NCBI GenBank assembly: GCA_963833125.1
Contig: CAWHWX010000016.1
Coordinates: forward strand, 288,001-352,000
DNA from: Candidatus Bathyarchaeota archaeon
GTDB lineage: Archaea; Thermoproteota; Bathyarchaeia; 40CM-2-53-6
Reading direction: 5' to 3'
Length of the DNA: 64,000 nucleotides
In this document: positions 50,166 through 62,017 of the stretch, piece by piece
Layout of the letters: every line of letters begins with the position of its first letter
How positions within the stretch are numbered: the first letter of the stretch is position 1
The notes under the pieces: generated by a model
Told to the model about the DNA's origin: nothing
The model's input: only the letters and a program-made list of their open reading frames with translations
Databases searched by the model: none
Translations under genes and position numbers: made by a program

Positions 50166-51246
50166 CTATTGTCCGATTTCGGTCGTCACGAATTTCGTTA
50201 GGTTGCGTGGTTGGTCAGGATTTCTGCCATTCTTGACGGAGTAGTAGTACGCGAAGAGTTGCATGGGGATCATGTAGAGTAATGCTGCAAATGTCGATCC
50301 TATGGATTCGGGCATCTCAATCGTTTCCTTGAAGTTTTTCACAATCTCAGGTTCATTTGAGATTGGCGTGACAGTGGCGCCGGTGGCTGCGATCTCTCTG
50401 AGTATCTTGAGTTGTTCCGAGATATTCCTGCCCTTTGGAACCACCGAGATTACCTGTATACCCTTCTCCAGTTCAGCGAAGGGCCCATGTCTGAATTCCA
50501 TCGTGTGATAGGTTTCAGATGCTACATACGATGTCTCACGAAGTTTCAATGCTCCTTCGAGGCAGGACGGCGTAGTTGGCTCCTGAGCCGAGGTAAATGA
50601 AACGAGAAGCATTTGCTGATTCCGCGCTTGTTTTTACACGATCCTCAACGGTAGAAATGACTTCCTCAGCATCATTCGGTAGAGTGGCCAATTCATTTTC
50701 AAAACGGGTAGGATCGGGGGTTTTTCCGCGAAGTTTCGCGAACTCGATGCCTAGGAGGGTGCAGCAGAGGGCGCCTCCTGTGAATGTCTTAGTCATTATA
50801 ATGCTCTGCTCATTTGACACTCCAGTATCTAAGCTGAATTCGCATTCTTTACTCATCGTACTAGAGGGATCGGATGTCACCGCGATCGTAGGGATTTTTG
50901 CTTTAACGGCTTTTCTTATGGCTTCCACGGATTCGGAAGTCTTGCCGGATCGCGAAAGTGAAATTAGAATCGAGGAGGAGACGGCGGCGGGACCTGGCGC
51001 GTACCACACGAACTCGGATGACGGAACTGCGTGACCATCTAGCCCCAGAAGATAATCATAGTAGAAGGCGGGAATCATCGCAGCATAGTATGACGAACCA
51101 CATCCAGTGAGGAAAAATGTTGATGGATGGTTTCGGTTCCAAGCTGTCTGGGCGATCTGCTGGATCCGTGGCCTAGTAGCGCTCAATATTTTCTTGAACG
51201 CTTCTGGTTGCTCCCGAATTTCACTTAACATGTGATAATTGTTCAT
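50166..51246 (-). CDS. Double-SIS protein #3, apparent frameshift near 50560
   Basis: MLSEIREQP, GCGSSYYA, SRSGKT, MTKTFT, EGALKLRE, EFRHGP, GRNPDQPRNLTK. Confidence 0.87.
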
Positions 51247-51310
51247 CTGGAAATCCCCGAGACCTTACTTCTGGGTATTATTGAGCATATGTAATGCTTA
51301 CCGAAAATGC

Positions 51311-52022
51311 TCAGAGCGATTTATGCTGGGAATTCAAGCCCAGCCCAGCAAGCAATTGCTTGGTCGGTTTCAGGTTTCGGTAAACCTGCTTCGCCCCTGC
51401 CTCGTGCAGCTCGCGCAGGGAGAACCCGCTGCTTGCGATGCCAATCGAGGTGGCTTCGGAAGCGTTCGCAGCTGCAATGTCACGAGGTGTATCGCCGACA
51501 ATCATTACCCTCATGCTCGTGGACAACGAATATTTCTCAACGCAAGAATCAACGGCATCCGCCACTAATCTTGCGCGGTCAAAATAATGGTCAGCGCAGT
51601 AAAACTCCGAAAAGTACGATACGATCTCAGCTCGAGTCAATTTTTCCTTAGCGATCCGCTCGAGGTTCCCCGTAAGAACACCAACAACGTGCACGGGCGA
51701 CTTGACCAGAGACGGTAACAGTTCTCTTACACCGATGTTCAGCTCTATCGTCTTATCCATCTCTACGTACAGTTCACTCATACGCGCGAGCACTTTGGGA
51801 ACGAAATAGTCAATCTCTTCATTAGTCAATCCAAGTTCGTTCAGGAGTATTTCTGCAGATCTGCGGATCAACCATGCCCGCGAATCGTCCGGGAGATACC
51901 TGAGGAGTGCGACCGACAACATCCCGTATGGCATCTGAGTAGCGATGCCTCTCATCGTCTTCAGCCACCACGCTTGAGAGTAGGGTGCCATCTATATCGA
52001 AGAGGACCGCATACTCTACCAA
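51311..52022 (-). CDS. HAD-superfamily phosphatase, frameshifts near 51860
   Basis: VLFDIDGTLL, LTGN...IA..KL, IVGDTPRDI.AA. Confidence 0.82.
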
Positions 52023-52105
52023 TAATCTCGCACCCCAATAACCAAATGAAACGCGAACATTCGAACCGGGCTACGGCTGTCACTTGTCGTTAATGTTATA
52101 TTTGG

Positions 52106-53060
52106 TTGAAGTCAGGAACTCCCTCGACCACTTTGAATCCTCGCATAGGAATGTGCTGGCTGTACGCAATTACAAAGTATGGGTACGTAATGAGCCTAGA
52201 TGACATCTACAAAGCGTTTGAGGATGCACGAAGGCTCGGCTTCAACTTATTCGAGATGGAAGGCGTCGGCGGTCCACAGCTGCACACCGAATCGGAAAAC
52301 AAAGCGACAATAAAAAAACGAGTTAATGAGGCCGGGCTTAAGATTGTGAATTTCGTACCCGTACTTCCAGATCTGACGAGTACTGATGAAGTAAAGAGGA
52401 AGGCCGCGTTAGCCGATTTCCGATTGGGTTGCGAAATTGCGGACTTCTTAGAGGCTGATATGGTAGAACTGGACTCGTACTACGCTCCCTTCTACGACAT
52501 CAAGCCTTACGACATATCTCGTGACTTTAGTTACGCCTATCAACCTCCGAAAATGAAAGTTGAACCCGGTTTCGATTTTTGGAAGTATTTCAAGGAAGTA
52601 GTGGTTGACTCTGTGGCTCAGTGCACTGATTTCGCTGCCAGTCATGGGTTACGCTTGTGCATTGAACCTAGGGTTTGGGAAACGGTCTCCAGCGTCTGGG
52701 GATTAGAACTCCTTATGCTGCGAAGTAAACAGCAATAGTCTGGGGGCAGTCTTCGAAACGGCGCATTTTGCTTGCCAAAGGACGGCCCTCGTTCAGGCTG
52801 CCGAAATGCTGGGCAAGAGAATCTTCTACGTGCACGCAAGTGATTCCGACTATACTAGCGAAGACCACTTAGAGATTGGAAAAGGTCTCATTGATTGGGA
52901 TACCGTCATGAAGGCACTTGAGAAGCAGCATTTTGACGGAGTGTTTGGTATTGACATTGGCGGAAATACTAGAATGCTCGATTCAATAGACGGGATGTAC
53001 TCGAGGTCTCGGACTTACCTCCAAAACGTAATTGCCCGGACTCCGATGACCAAAACCTAA
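52106..53060 (+). CDS. Sugar phosphate isomerase/epimerase (xylose-isomerase-like TIM barrel), frameshift near 52730
   Basis: GF...EME, LCIEP, FETAH, YVHASDSD...DHL.IG.G.IDW. Confidence 0.82.
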
Positions 53061-53144
53061 CCGCGCTTCCCGCTTCAGATATCGAATTATCTGACCTTCA
53101 GTTAGATTTCAACAGGTAAACCATCGCGTGGTCCCGTTTAATAT

Positions 53145-54279
53145 TCAAGCTGAAAGGCAACTTTCTAGCCATTTGAAAGCGTCTTCCTGCATTTCTACAT
53201 TGAATTTGTGTGGTCCTGGGTAGAATTTGCCTACATAGTTCTTTGGGTGGCCGCTCTTGGAATAAATATCCATGATCTTTTGGTCTGCGTCGCGCTGGCC
53301 TTGGGGAGTGAATAGTTCGTCTTCTTCGTTGTACTCGACCATGAGAGGGGCTGGTGTTCGTATCGCAATTACATCTGGTAGATCTAGTAACTTGAAGAGT
53401 TCTGGAACATACATGAGTAAGCCGTGCCCTGGGGGGCATCGGATGTTGTTGCGAAGTACGCCCCGCATTGTGGTCATGAACCCTACACAGAAAGCGCACC
53501 GGACTCGGGTGTCCAAGCCTGCGAGGAAGATGGTGCGGAGGCCGCCCATCGACAATCCCCCACACCCGATTCGGTTCGCATCTATCTCTGATCGGGTTAG
53601 CAAGTAGTCTATGCTGCGCCTGTCTTCGTATGCAAAGATCGCGGGCCAACTCGTCCCCGAATTCAGAATTGAGTCCACCACGAGAACGCATTCGCTGCTT
53701 GCCCAGAATTCATTGTATTTTCGAATATACTCTTCACTTTCTGGATTCACTCCTTCAAACTTTTTCTGTAACTCCTCGTTCACGGATCCTATCGGGGATT
53801 TTTCGGCTTCCCCAAAGAAAACTGTCAACCGCTAAAACGGCGAACCCTCTCTTCGCTAGTGCGGTTGCCCAGCTCCTGCCACCGTAATACTTGTCTCTGT
53901 ACTCGCTTAACACTCTGGGTTCGTTTGGGAAGCTCGCAAGTTTCTCTTTACCGTAATAGAAGAATTCTCCATGGTCGTGAAGGGCCACGACCGCCGGCAG
54001 CTTGGTTCCAGCCTCTTTCGGGTAGAGAAAGAGGCCGTGGGTCCGAGGGCCATAAGGCATATCGTACGAAATCTCCTCCACAACCACACCGTCTTCATAA
54101 TGGCGAGCTCCGATTGATGGGTTCAATTGAACATTAGGTGGCTCGAACGAGAGTAACTCCAAAGCCTTTGCCCTCGCTTTCGACTTCCAGGTTTCTACAT
54201 CAGGCCACGTTCCTGTTAGAAAAGAGAGGGAAGGCGGTGTTGCAGCTATCGCGTCAAGCATCTCATAGTAAACTCCCAT
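53145..54279 (-). CDS. Alpha/beta hydrolase (dienelactone hydrolase / acetylesterase-like), frameshift near 53800
   Basis: PAVVALHDHG...YYGKEK, LAKRGFAVLA.D...WGSR, D..RIGC.GLSMGG, YPGPHKF. Confidence 0.8.
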
Positions 54280-54484
54280 GTCCGGCTTCATCTTTACCAC
54301 AACGCAGGTCTTCATCGGCAGTTCAGATTTAAGAGGCGCGGGCAACCTCGACCCAGAATCGGCCCGTATTTAATTGGTCTTCATCGATCGTCTCATGCTC
54401 TCGTTCAGGTGGCCGCAAGGTATTTGGAGAGGGATAAGCGCCATCCAGTACTCGAGTTAATTTCGATCCTAGCAGGTTTTGTTC

Positions 54485-55561
54485 ATGCGGAAGGACGATC
54501 TCGACACTCCATTCATAGCAGCCGATGTCGACAAGGTCAGGGCTAACATTGAAAGGATGCAGACGCTCGCGACAGGGCATGGTAAGAAACTTCGCCCTCA
54601 CGCCAAGACTCACAAACTTCCACTGGTTGCATTATGGCAAATAGAAGCCGGAGCGATTGGAATCTGCGTGCAAAAAACGGAAGAAGCCGAGGTGATGGTG
54701 AAGCATGGAGTCAAAGATGTCTTCGTTAGCAACGAAGTAATTGGAATGCAGAAGACTGACAGATTGGCGGGGCTAGCCTCGATGGCGAAAATTTCCGTTG
54801 CGGTCGATTCAGAAATGGGCATAACGCAACTCTCTCAGTCAGCTCAGTCGCATGGCGTTGAAATCGGGATCTATGTCGACGTGGATGTTGGAATGCATAG
54901 ATGCGGTGCTGACCCAGGAAAGGCTGGAACGCTGGCTGACTTGGCCTTGAAATCTCCGAACTTGTATTTCGTGGGCGTCATGGGTTATGACGGACACAGT
55001 TTCAAACCTCTAGGAAACGCTGAACGCAGTAAGATTGTGGTGGAATCCAGCAAGCTCGTTCAGAAGGCAGTAGATGAGATTAGGAGGAAGGGTATAGACG
55101 TGGAGGTTATTTCAGTCGGGGGAACACCCTCGACGCCGATCTGGGCTGAAATGAACGAAGTGACCGAGCTACAGCCCGGTGCTTATGTCTACAATGATGC
55201 TATGCAGTATGAGCGAGGGGTTCCAAAATCTGATTGTGCCGTTACTCTCATCGGAACTGTAATGAGCAAACCGTCAAGCGAGCAAGCGGTTGTTGATGCC
55301 GGGTCTAAGAGTTTCTCGCTTGATCAAGGTAGATTTCCCATTCCACTCAAGGACATGAACGCTGAAGTTGTAGGTCTATCAGAGGAGCATGCAGTGCTCA
55401 GGTCCAAAAGCGGTGAGATAAGCGCAGAACTCGGTCAGAAGCTTGAGTTCATTCCATATCACATATGCCCCTTCATCGACCTTTGGGATAGAATCCACTT
55501 TTGTCGCGGCGACGAAATAACGTCGACCCTTAGTATTGATGCAAGAGGAGCCAGAACCTAG
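54485..55561 (+). CDS. PLP-dependent DSD1 / D-threonine aldolase-family enzyme
   Basis: LDTP, LRPHAKTHK, DVGMHRCG, GYDGH, GGTP, ELQPG.YVYND, DAGSK, SEEH, PYHICP. Confidence 0.9.
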   Translation: MRKDDLDTPFIAADVDKVRANIERMQTLATGHGKKLRPHAKTHKLPLVALWQIEAGAIGICVQKTEEAEVMVKHGVKDVFVSNEVIGMQKTDRLAGLASMAKISVAVDSEMGITQLSQSAQSHGVEIGIYVDVDVGMHRCGADPGKAGTLADLALKSPNLYFVGVMGYDGHSFKPLGNAERSKIVVESSKLVQKAVDEIRRKGIDVEVISVGGTPSTPIWAEMNEVTELQPGAYVYNDAMQYERGVPKSDCAVTLIGTVMSKPSSEQAVVDAGSKSFSLDQGRFPIPLKDMNAEVVGLSEEHAVLRSKSGEISAELGQKLEFIPYHICPFIDLWDRIHFCRGDEITSTLSIDARGART

Positions 55562-55708
55562 AACCTATCTTCCCTCCAAACTTCTTAACGTCCACTGGTC
55601 TGCGTTCGCGGGTACTGACGAAAAGTTAAGGCATACGAAACTGTTGGGACGGAGAAAAATCGGGAGACAGTACGACCAGTTGAGTGGCCGTACTGCTTCG
55701 TATTCGGG

Positions 55709-57611
55709 TTACGCGTTCGGGCCGAAAGTTACTGTGTTGAAGATTGGCTCCGTGGCTTGACCTGTCCAGACTGGGTCTACGAGAAAGCCAGATACGACTC
55801 CTGTCTTCCAGACGATGGAGCCTCCCCAAGGCAGCCAGAGACCGAATGTGCCTAGCCACGCGTATGGAGCGTCTTGGTAGATTTGACTCTGGGCGGCCGC
55901 CACTAGTGACTGTAGGTAGGCTGGGTTGGAACTGTTGGTGAAGAAGGCGTTCACTGCTTTCTGTACGGTTGGGTTGTAGTATGCTGCGTAGTTGCCCCAA
56001 GCCGATTGGTTGCTGACGAAGGTGACCCAGTAGTCTGTTGGAGTAACCGTTGCCGGACCCCAACCAAACCCAGAGTTCACGTATTCAAGTTGACCAAGCT
56101 GCGCGGCGTTCGCAACATTAGTCTGGTATGTTCCCAACTCGGTGTTGTACAAGCTTGGTTGTATTACTGCAATGTTAACGTTGATCCCTATCATTGCTAG
56201 ATCCGATTGAATGACTTGCGCTGCGTTAATGCAGAGTGGGCACCCACTTTGCACCCTGAGTAGAAACGTGGGCATGTTTGTGATGTGGGCTTCAGCTAGA
56301 AGTTGGTTAGCTAGGGTTAGGTTGTATTGGTATGGTGCGAAATTGCCTAGATCGTAGTAATCCTTCCACCATGGGTATTCAGGGCCCACGTAGGAAGAGA
56401 GTTCTCCTCCGTACGCTTTCACTGCAATGTCAGTGTAGTTAAGAGCGTGCACTATCGCCTGCCTCACCAGTGTGATGTCTGTGGGATACTCGTGAGTGTT
56501 CAGACCCACCAACGCAACTTCTCCGCTCCAGGATGGGGGATTGAAGTAGGAATATGTCTGCGGGTTCTGAGATACCAGATTCCAGTCTGGTGTTTCTATG
56601 TCTGCGATTTGAGCAGCTCCAGTGGATAAGTCCGTGTATCTTGCAACGTCATCTGGTTTGTAGTCGACAATCACGGTTCGTGCGTGTCCAGGGTCGAATA
56701 GGGGTTGCTGAGCGATCTGGTCAGCGGTCATGTTCGCGCCCCAATACGTAGGGTTCTGGGCGAACTTAATGTAGGAGTTCTCTGACAGCCCGGTGACTAC
56801 GTATGGGCCTGTTCCTGGAATCGGATGTTGGTTGAAGTATGAGTTGAATGCGGTTGGTGTCCCAAAGCCGCCGTTCTGGAGAACCCACTGCGTATCATAG
56901 AGTAGTCCCTCGTAGACTACGAGTGTTCCTGGGAACCAGACGAACGGTGCGATTAGCCGGAAAACGATTGTATTTTGATCAGTAACGTAAATGGGCCAAG
57001 CGCTGTTCATCATTAGGTTGAGCAGGTCTTGTGAGGGGTTGATGAGGCCGCTCTGTGTCATTAGGGCGATTGTTGCGGGGCCGAAGTTCACATTCGACAT
57101 ATCCATAAGGTGGTAGGATTCTAGCCACGCTGTGCTGTTTCCGGAGAGGTAGTAGAATCCATACATCTCCGCCCATACCTGGTAGGCGTTGAGTGGATCC
57201 CCGTTCGAGAATTTTACGTTCTGTTTCAAATTGAAGGTGTAGGTCGTCCCGTCGGGGGAAACCGTCCAAGTTGCTAGGCCTGGTAAGAACTGGACGGTAC
57301 CTTGCTGGTATTCCGGCGGTCATATTCACATTAACTAATGCTTGGTATACTGTGAATGCTAAGGTGTTTGGCCACGGGATCTCACTGACAGCATAAAGCT
57401 CATTGAGGTCGCTTAATGGCCAATACGCGGCAGACATGGTGAGCGTGTCAATGATCTTTGATCCGCCTTGAGCTGAGGTGGTTGACATCTGAGCGGGTTG
57501 AGTGGGCTGCATTGAAGTGTAAACTCCACCTGCGACTATTGCAAGGACGATAACTCCGATGATTACGACGGTCTGTACCCGGGTTATTGCTATCTTCGTA
57601 AAATTTGACAT
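55709..57611 (-). CDS. ABC transporter substrate-binding protein (family 5), frameshifted near 57230-57320
   Basis: N-terminal TM, YTFNL.QNVKFSNGDPLNA, GTGPY, NPTYWG, VRQAI.HA.NY. Confidence 0.85.
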
Positions 57612-57749
57612 ACAAGTGGGTTGGCTTAGATGTATTTAACATCTTGTCAGAGGGGAATCAGGGCATATATACAACACATACCAGCTGATGGCAAATTGTT
57701 GGGTGGATAGAAAACTTCGTGAGTATTTTCAGAGTCGCAAAACGTGCGG

Positions 57750-58730
57750 TTACATAGTTTTCTCAATGAAGTGGCATGCAGCCAGTCGTCCTGGAGAGAT
57801 TTCTCTGAGCTTCGGTCGTTCCTGAGAACAGATAGATTCGGCATAGGGGCAGCGTGGGTGAAACTTGCAGCCGCTGGGAGGATCAATTGCGCTTGGTACT
57901 TCGCCTCTAATGTCGACTTGGAGCAAATTTCTCTTCCAAGGGTTGGCGATTGGCGCTGAGGAGATTAAGGCGATCGTATATGGGTGCCGTGGTTTAGCCA
58001 TCATCTCTTCCGTTTGGCCGTACTCGACGACGTCGCCTGAATACATAACTAGCATGAAGTCTGAGAGGTACTCTGATACGGCGATGTTGTGCGTTATTAG
58101 CATGTAGGATAGGGAATATTCTTTCTGAAGTTCTAGGAGCAACCGCAGTATCTGCGCTTGGACAGATGCGTCAAGCGCGCTTGTGGGCTCGTCGAGAATT
58201 ACAAGTTTCGGTTGCGGTCCAATCGCGCGGGCTATCGCGACACGCTGTTTCTGTCCTCCGCTAAGTTGACCGGGCAATCGCTCTGCAACGTCGTGAGAGA
58301 GGCCCACGACTTCTAGACTCTTCTTGATCGCTCTGTCGACCTCCTCTTTACTCCATTTCATTAAACCGAACAGTGGTTCTCCAATTGAGGCGCCCACCGT
58401 GATGTTCGGATCTAAGGATGATTCAGGATCCTGGAAGACGATCTGCAAATCCCTGTATACAACACGGGTCTCCGTTTTACCGTTAACTATGCTTTTTCCG
58501 TTGAAGATTACGTCTCCGCTCGTCGGCTTGGTGAGGAGTGCGATCGTTCGTGCCAGAGTCGTCTTACCACATCCTGATTCTCCCACGACTGCTAGCGTTG
58601 TTCCCTTCCATAGGGTCATGTTGACTCCGTCAACGGCTTTGACGAATTTCTTAGCCTTTGAGAATGGGTTGATTCCACGTTGAACCGGGAAATATTTCTT
58701 TAATTCAACTGTTTCAAGTATTGCTTCCAT
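57750..58730 (-). CDS. Opp/Dpp-family ABC ATPase (OppF-like)
   Basis: GESGCGKT, LSGGQKQR, ILDEPTSALD, HPYT, PPSGCKFHPRC. Confidence 0.93.
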   Translation of the reverse strand: MEAILETVELKKYFPVQRGINPFSKAKKFVKAVDGVNMTLWKGTTLAVVGESGCGKTTLARTIALLTKPTSGDVIFNGKSIVNGKTETRVVYRDLQIVFQDPESSLDPNITVGASIGEPLFGLMKWSKEEVDRAIKKSLEVVGLSHDVAERLPGQLSGGQKQRVAIARAIGPQPKLVILDEPTSALDASVQAQILRLLLELQKEYSLSYMLITHNIAVSEYLSDFMLVMYSGDVVEYGQTEEMMAKPRHPYTIALISSAPIANPWKRNLLQVDIRGEVPSAIDPPSGCKFHPRCPYAESICSQERPKLREISPGRLAACHFIEKTM

Positions 58731-59797
58731 TTGCCTCACCATGTAGATAACATGCCACTCTATGGTCCGCTTCGACCTCGATCAGTTGCGGTTTCTTCTC
58801 CGAGCAAGATTTCATTGCGTAAGTGCACCGGCTTTCATACTTACATCCAATTATGGGGGTTCTGAGGTCGGGCACAGATCCGTGGAATCGGTTTGAGTAC
58901 GATCTTGCGTTTTGACCCTGTAGGTAGACAGGAGAGAAGCCCCTGAGTGTATGGGTGTAGTGGTTTGGAGAAGAGATCGTAGACGTTAGATGTTTCTACA
59001 ATGTCGCCGGCATACATGACTGCGACTCTGTCAGCTACTTGGCAGGCGACCGCTAGGTCATGGGTTATGAGCAGTATGCTGGTTTTGACTTTGTCCATTA
59101 GCTCCTTCATGAGCTTGAGGACCTGCGCTTGGGTCGTGACATCTAGCGCAGTGGTCGGCTCGTCTGCGATAAGTAACGCGGGCTCCTGTGAGAGAGCCAT
59201 TGCTATCATGACTCTTTGTCTCATTCCTCCAGAGAGCTCGAATGGATATCGATCGATCATTTGATCAGGATCAGGGATCCTCACAAGTTTGAGTGCGGCA
59301 ATTGCCTCTTCTTTTGTCTCTGCATTGATTTTCCGTTTGGTAATGGAATGCTTTGAGGCTCTAGGTGGGACGATCTTGTGTGTTTTCTGCATTATTTCGG
59401 AATCTACCGTGGAATGCCCTTCTTCCCGCATCTTCTTGATTGTGATTGCTTCAGCGATTTGGTCTCCGATCTTGTAAACCGGGTTGAGGCTGCTGAGGGG
59501 CTCCTGGAAGATCATTGCGATTTGTGTTCCCCGGTATTCTCTCATACGTGTGGGTCCAAGTTGAACGAGATCGGTTCCCTTGAATTCAATCGCCCCGTTC
59601 TGCACGCGTGCAGGTGGGATTGGGAGTAAGCCTATCATCGCTAGCGCTAAGGTAGATTTCCCGCACCCTGACTCTCCCACGACTCCGAGCAATTCGTTTT
59701 CTTTAATGTCGAGACTTACTTTGTCGAGTGCTGTGACTGCGCCTCCTCTTGACTCATAGTTGACTGTCAAGTCTCGTACGGTTATCAGGGGAGCCAT
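58714..59797 (-). CDS. Opp/Dpp-family ABC ATPase (OppD-like), frameshift near 58885
   Basis: GESGCGKS, LSGGMRQR, IADEPTTALD, HPYTQGL; C-terminus GSVPDL...GC.Y..RC in the next frame. Confidence 0.92.
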
Positions 59798-59798
59798 T

Positions 59799-60677
59799 TC
59801 ATCTGGCCTCAAGAGCGTCGCGTATACCGTCTCCAAGCAAACTGAACCCAATCACGCCCAAAGCAATAACGAATCCAGGAATGACGGGCAGCCAAGGCGC
59901 CGTAATCAGATAATCCTGATAGGAACTCACCATCTCTCCCCAGTCGGGTTGAGGTGGCCTAACTGAGAGGCCAAGGTAGCTTAACCCTGAATAGACCAGT
60001 ATGACGGTTCCAATGTCAAGTGTTGCATAGACTAGCATAGTCACTAGAATACTTCGGAATACGTGCTTGAACAGTATCTTCGCCGTTCCCATCCCTGATA
60101 GTCTGGCTGCCTCGATGTAATTTTGATGAGCAACTCTAAGCGCTTCTCCTCGTGCCAGCCTCGCATATGGCGGCCACCAGATTATCATCAGGGCGAACCA
60201 TCATGTTCGTCACTCCTGGGCCCAGGGTTACTCCGATTGCCAATGCGAGAACGAGCGCGGGTAGTGCGAAGATCACGTCCGTGAATCTCATCAATGCCTC
60301 ATCTAGAAGACCGCCGCGGAATGCTGCTACTGATCCTATGATTGCTCCAGCCGCCAATGCAACGCCTACGACCGCGAGACTGACAGACACGTCATTCGGT
60401 GTGGCTACTATGATGCGGCTTAGCAAGTCACGCCCTTGAATGTCCGTGCCCATGAGATGTAGAATAGATGGTGGAGCCAGGGCTGGGCCAACATTCTGTT
60501 GGATAGGATCGTATGGGGTAATTCTAACTCCTAGTAGGCCTGCTACTGTAACTACGGCGGCGATGATTAGAAACCCTAACGCGATTATGCCTCCGATCAA
60601 CGCCTCTTTGCTCCTTCTGAACAATTGGAGCAGGCCGAGAATTCTGCGCCGGACAGTTGGGTTCAGAAGTGATTCAT
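59799..60677 (-). CDS. Opp/Dpp-family ABC permease (OppC-like), frameshift near 60195
   Basis: HLMGTD.QGRD, MRFTD...ALP, YARL.RG, YIEAAR..G, LSYLGL...PP.PDWG.M. Confidence 0.9.
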
Positions 60678-61697
60678 CCTAATCTTACTTGGGGATCGAC
60701 GACTGCATATAGGATGTCGGCAATGAGATTCGAGGCTACTATGACGACTGCGAAAACTATTGTGACTCCCAAGATTCCAGGGTAGTCTTCTGCTGATAAT
60801 GCGGTTACGAGGTATTGTCCCATGCCCGGGTAACCAAAGATGTTCTCTACGAATATCGTTCCCGTTATTAGCCAAGTGACCATCAGGGAGGAGATCGTTA
60901 CTACTGAAATCATCGCGTTCCTGAGTGCATGCTTGAAGAATACAGTATGCTCATCGAGACCTTTCGCCCTAGCCGTACGAATATAGTTTGAGTGCATTAC
61001 GTCAAGCATTGAACTCCTCAAAACCCTGGTGAGAACTCCAAAGGTGACCAGCGCGAGCGAAACGCTGGGTAGGATAACATGCTGCAAGGAACTGAGAAAA
61101 TATGGTCCGTTGCCCTCGATTGCAGCATCTACCATCGGAACCCCAGTGATGGCAGTCGGAGGTGTTAGTGAAATATCGAATGCGCCTCCGCTGGGCAGAA
61201 CGCAGGAACGTGAAGGCGAATACAATGAGAAGGATCAACGCAATGAAGAATGGTGGAGAGGAGTAGCCCCCGAGGTAGAAAGCCCGAATACAAGTGTCCA
61301 AGGGCTTATGTTGGTATTGAGCCGCCAAAACCCCCAGCCCAACCCCAAGAGCGACTGAAATTACGAAGGCGAAGAACGCTATCTGTAAAGTGAACGGGAG
61401 GGTTATCGAAATCACTTCAGCAACCGGTTGGAAGCCACGTGACGGCGAAAAACCCAGATTTCCCTGGATCAGATTCAGTATATAATAGTAGTATTGAACT
61501 GGGATTGGATCGTTGAGATGATATTTCTTGGCGTAGAGGGCGGCAAGCTCAGGATGAATGCTCGCGCTCTTTCCGAGCCATGCAACGACCGTATTGCCGC
61601 CTAGACTACGTGACAAAACAAATGTGACGGTTATGACCGCTACTAGCACCAGGGCCCCGAAGAGAAGTCTGCGCAGGATATAGCGAAACGGATTCAC
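60674..61697 (-). CDS. Opp/Dpp-family ABC permease (OppB-like), frameshift near 61200
   Basis: YILRRL, LNDP..VQY, GNLG.S, YIRTARAKGL, KHALRNA, E.IF.YPGMG, DILYA.VDP..R. Confidence 0.9.
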
Positions 61698-62017
61698 ACA
61701 TCTCGCTTCCTAAGCTAAGCGTCTTCAGAAGGTAGAATGAAGGTAACCATCACTATTTGTCGCTTTGCCCATTCTATCATGATTGGGCGAAACAGTATTT
61801 ATTCTGCCGAAATCTCGGGTAATTGAGGCAGGCGCAAATTGTTTCACATCCGCAAGTCCGCAAGCCTGCCTTTCCTTTCAGGACCCCTTCGTAAGTGTGT
61901 GGTTCAGAGCGTTAGGTCAAATCTAGTCTCGTATACCGATCAATCATCCATTTGCCTTATAAATCGCCCAAACTTATCCGACCATGTTCGGCAGTCGGGA
62001 CAACTTCTCAGACGTGA

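Noticed and set aside
3990-61225. Programmed frameshifting as the explanation for split genes
   Set aside because: The breaks fall in unrelated genes with no common slippery motif or stimulatory structure.
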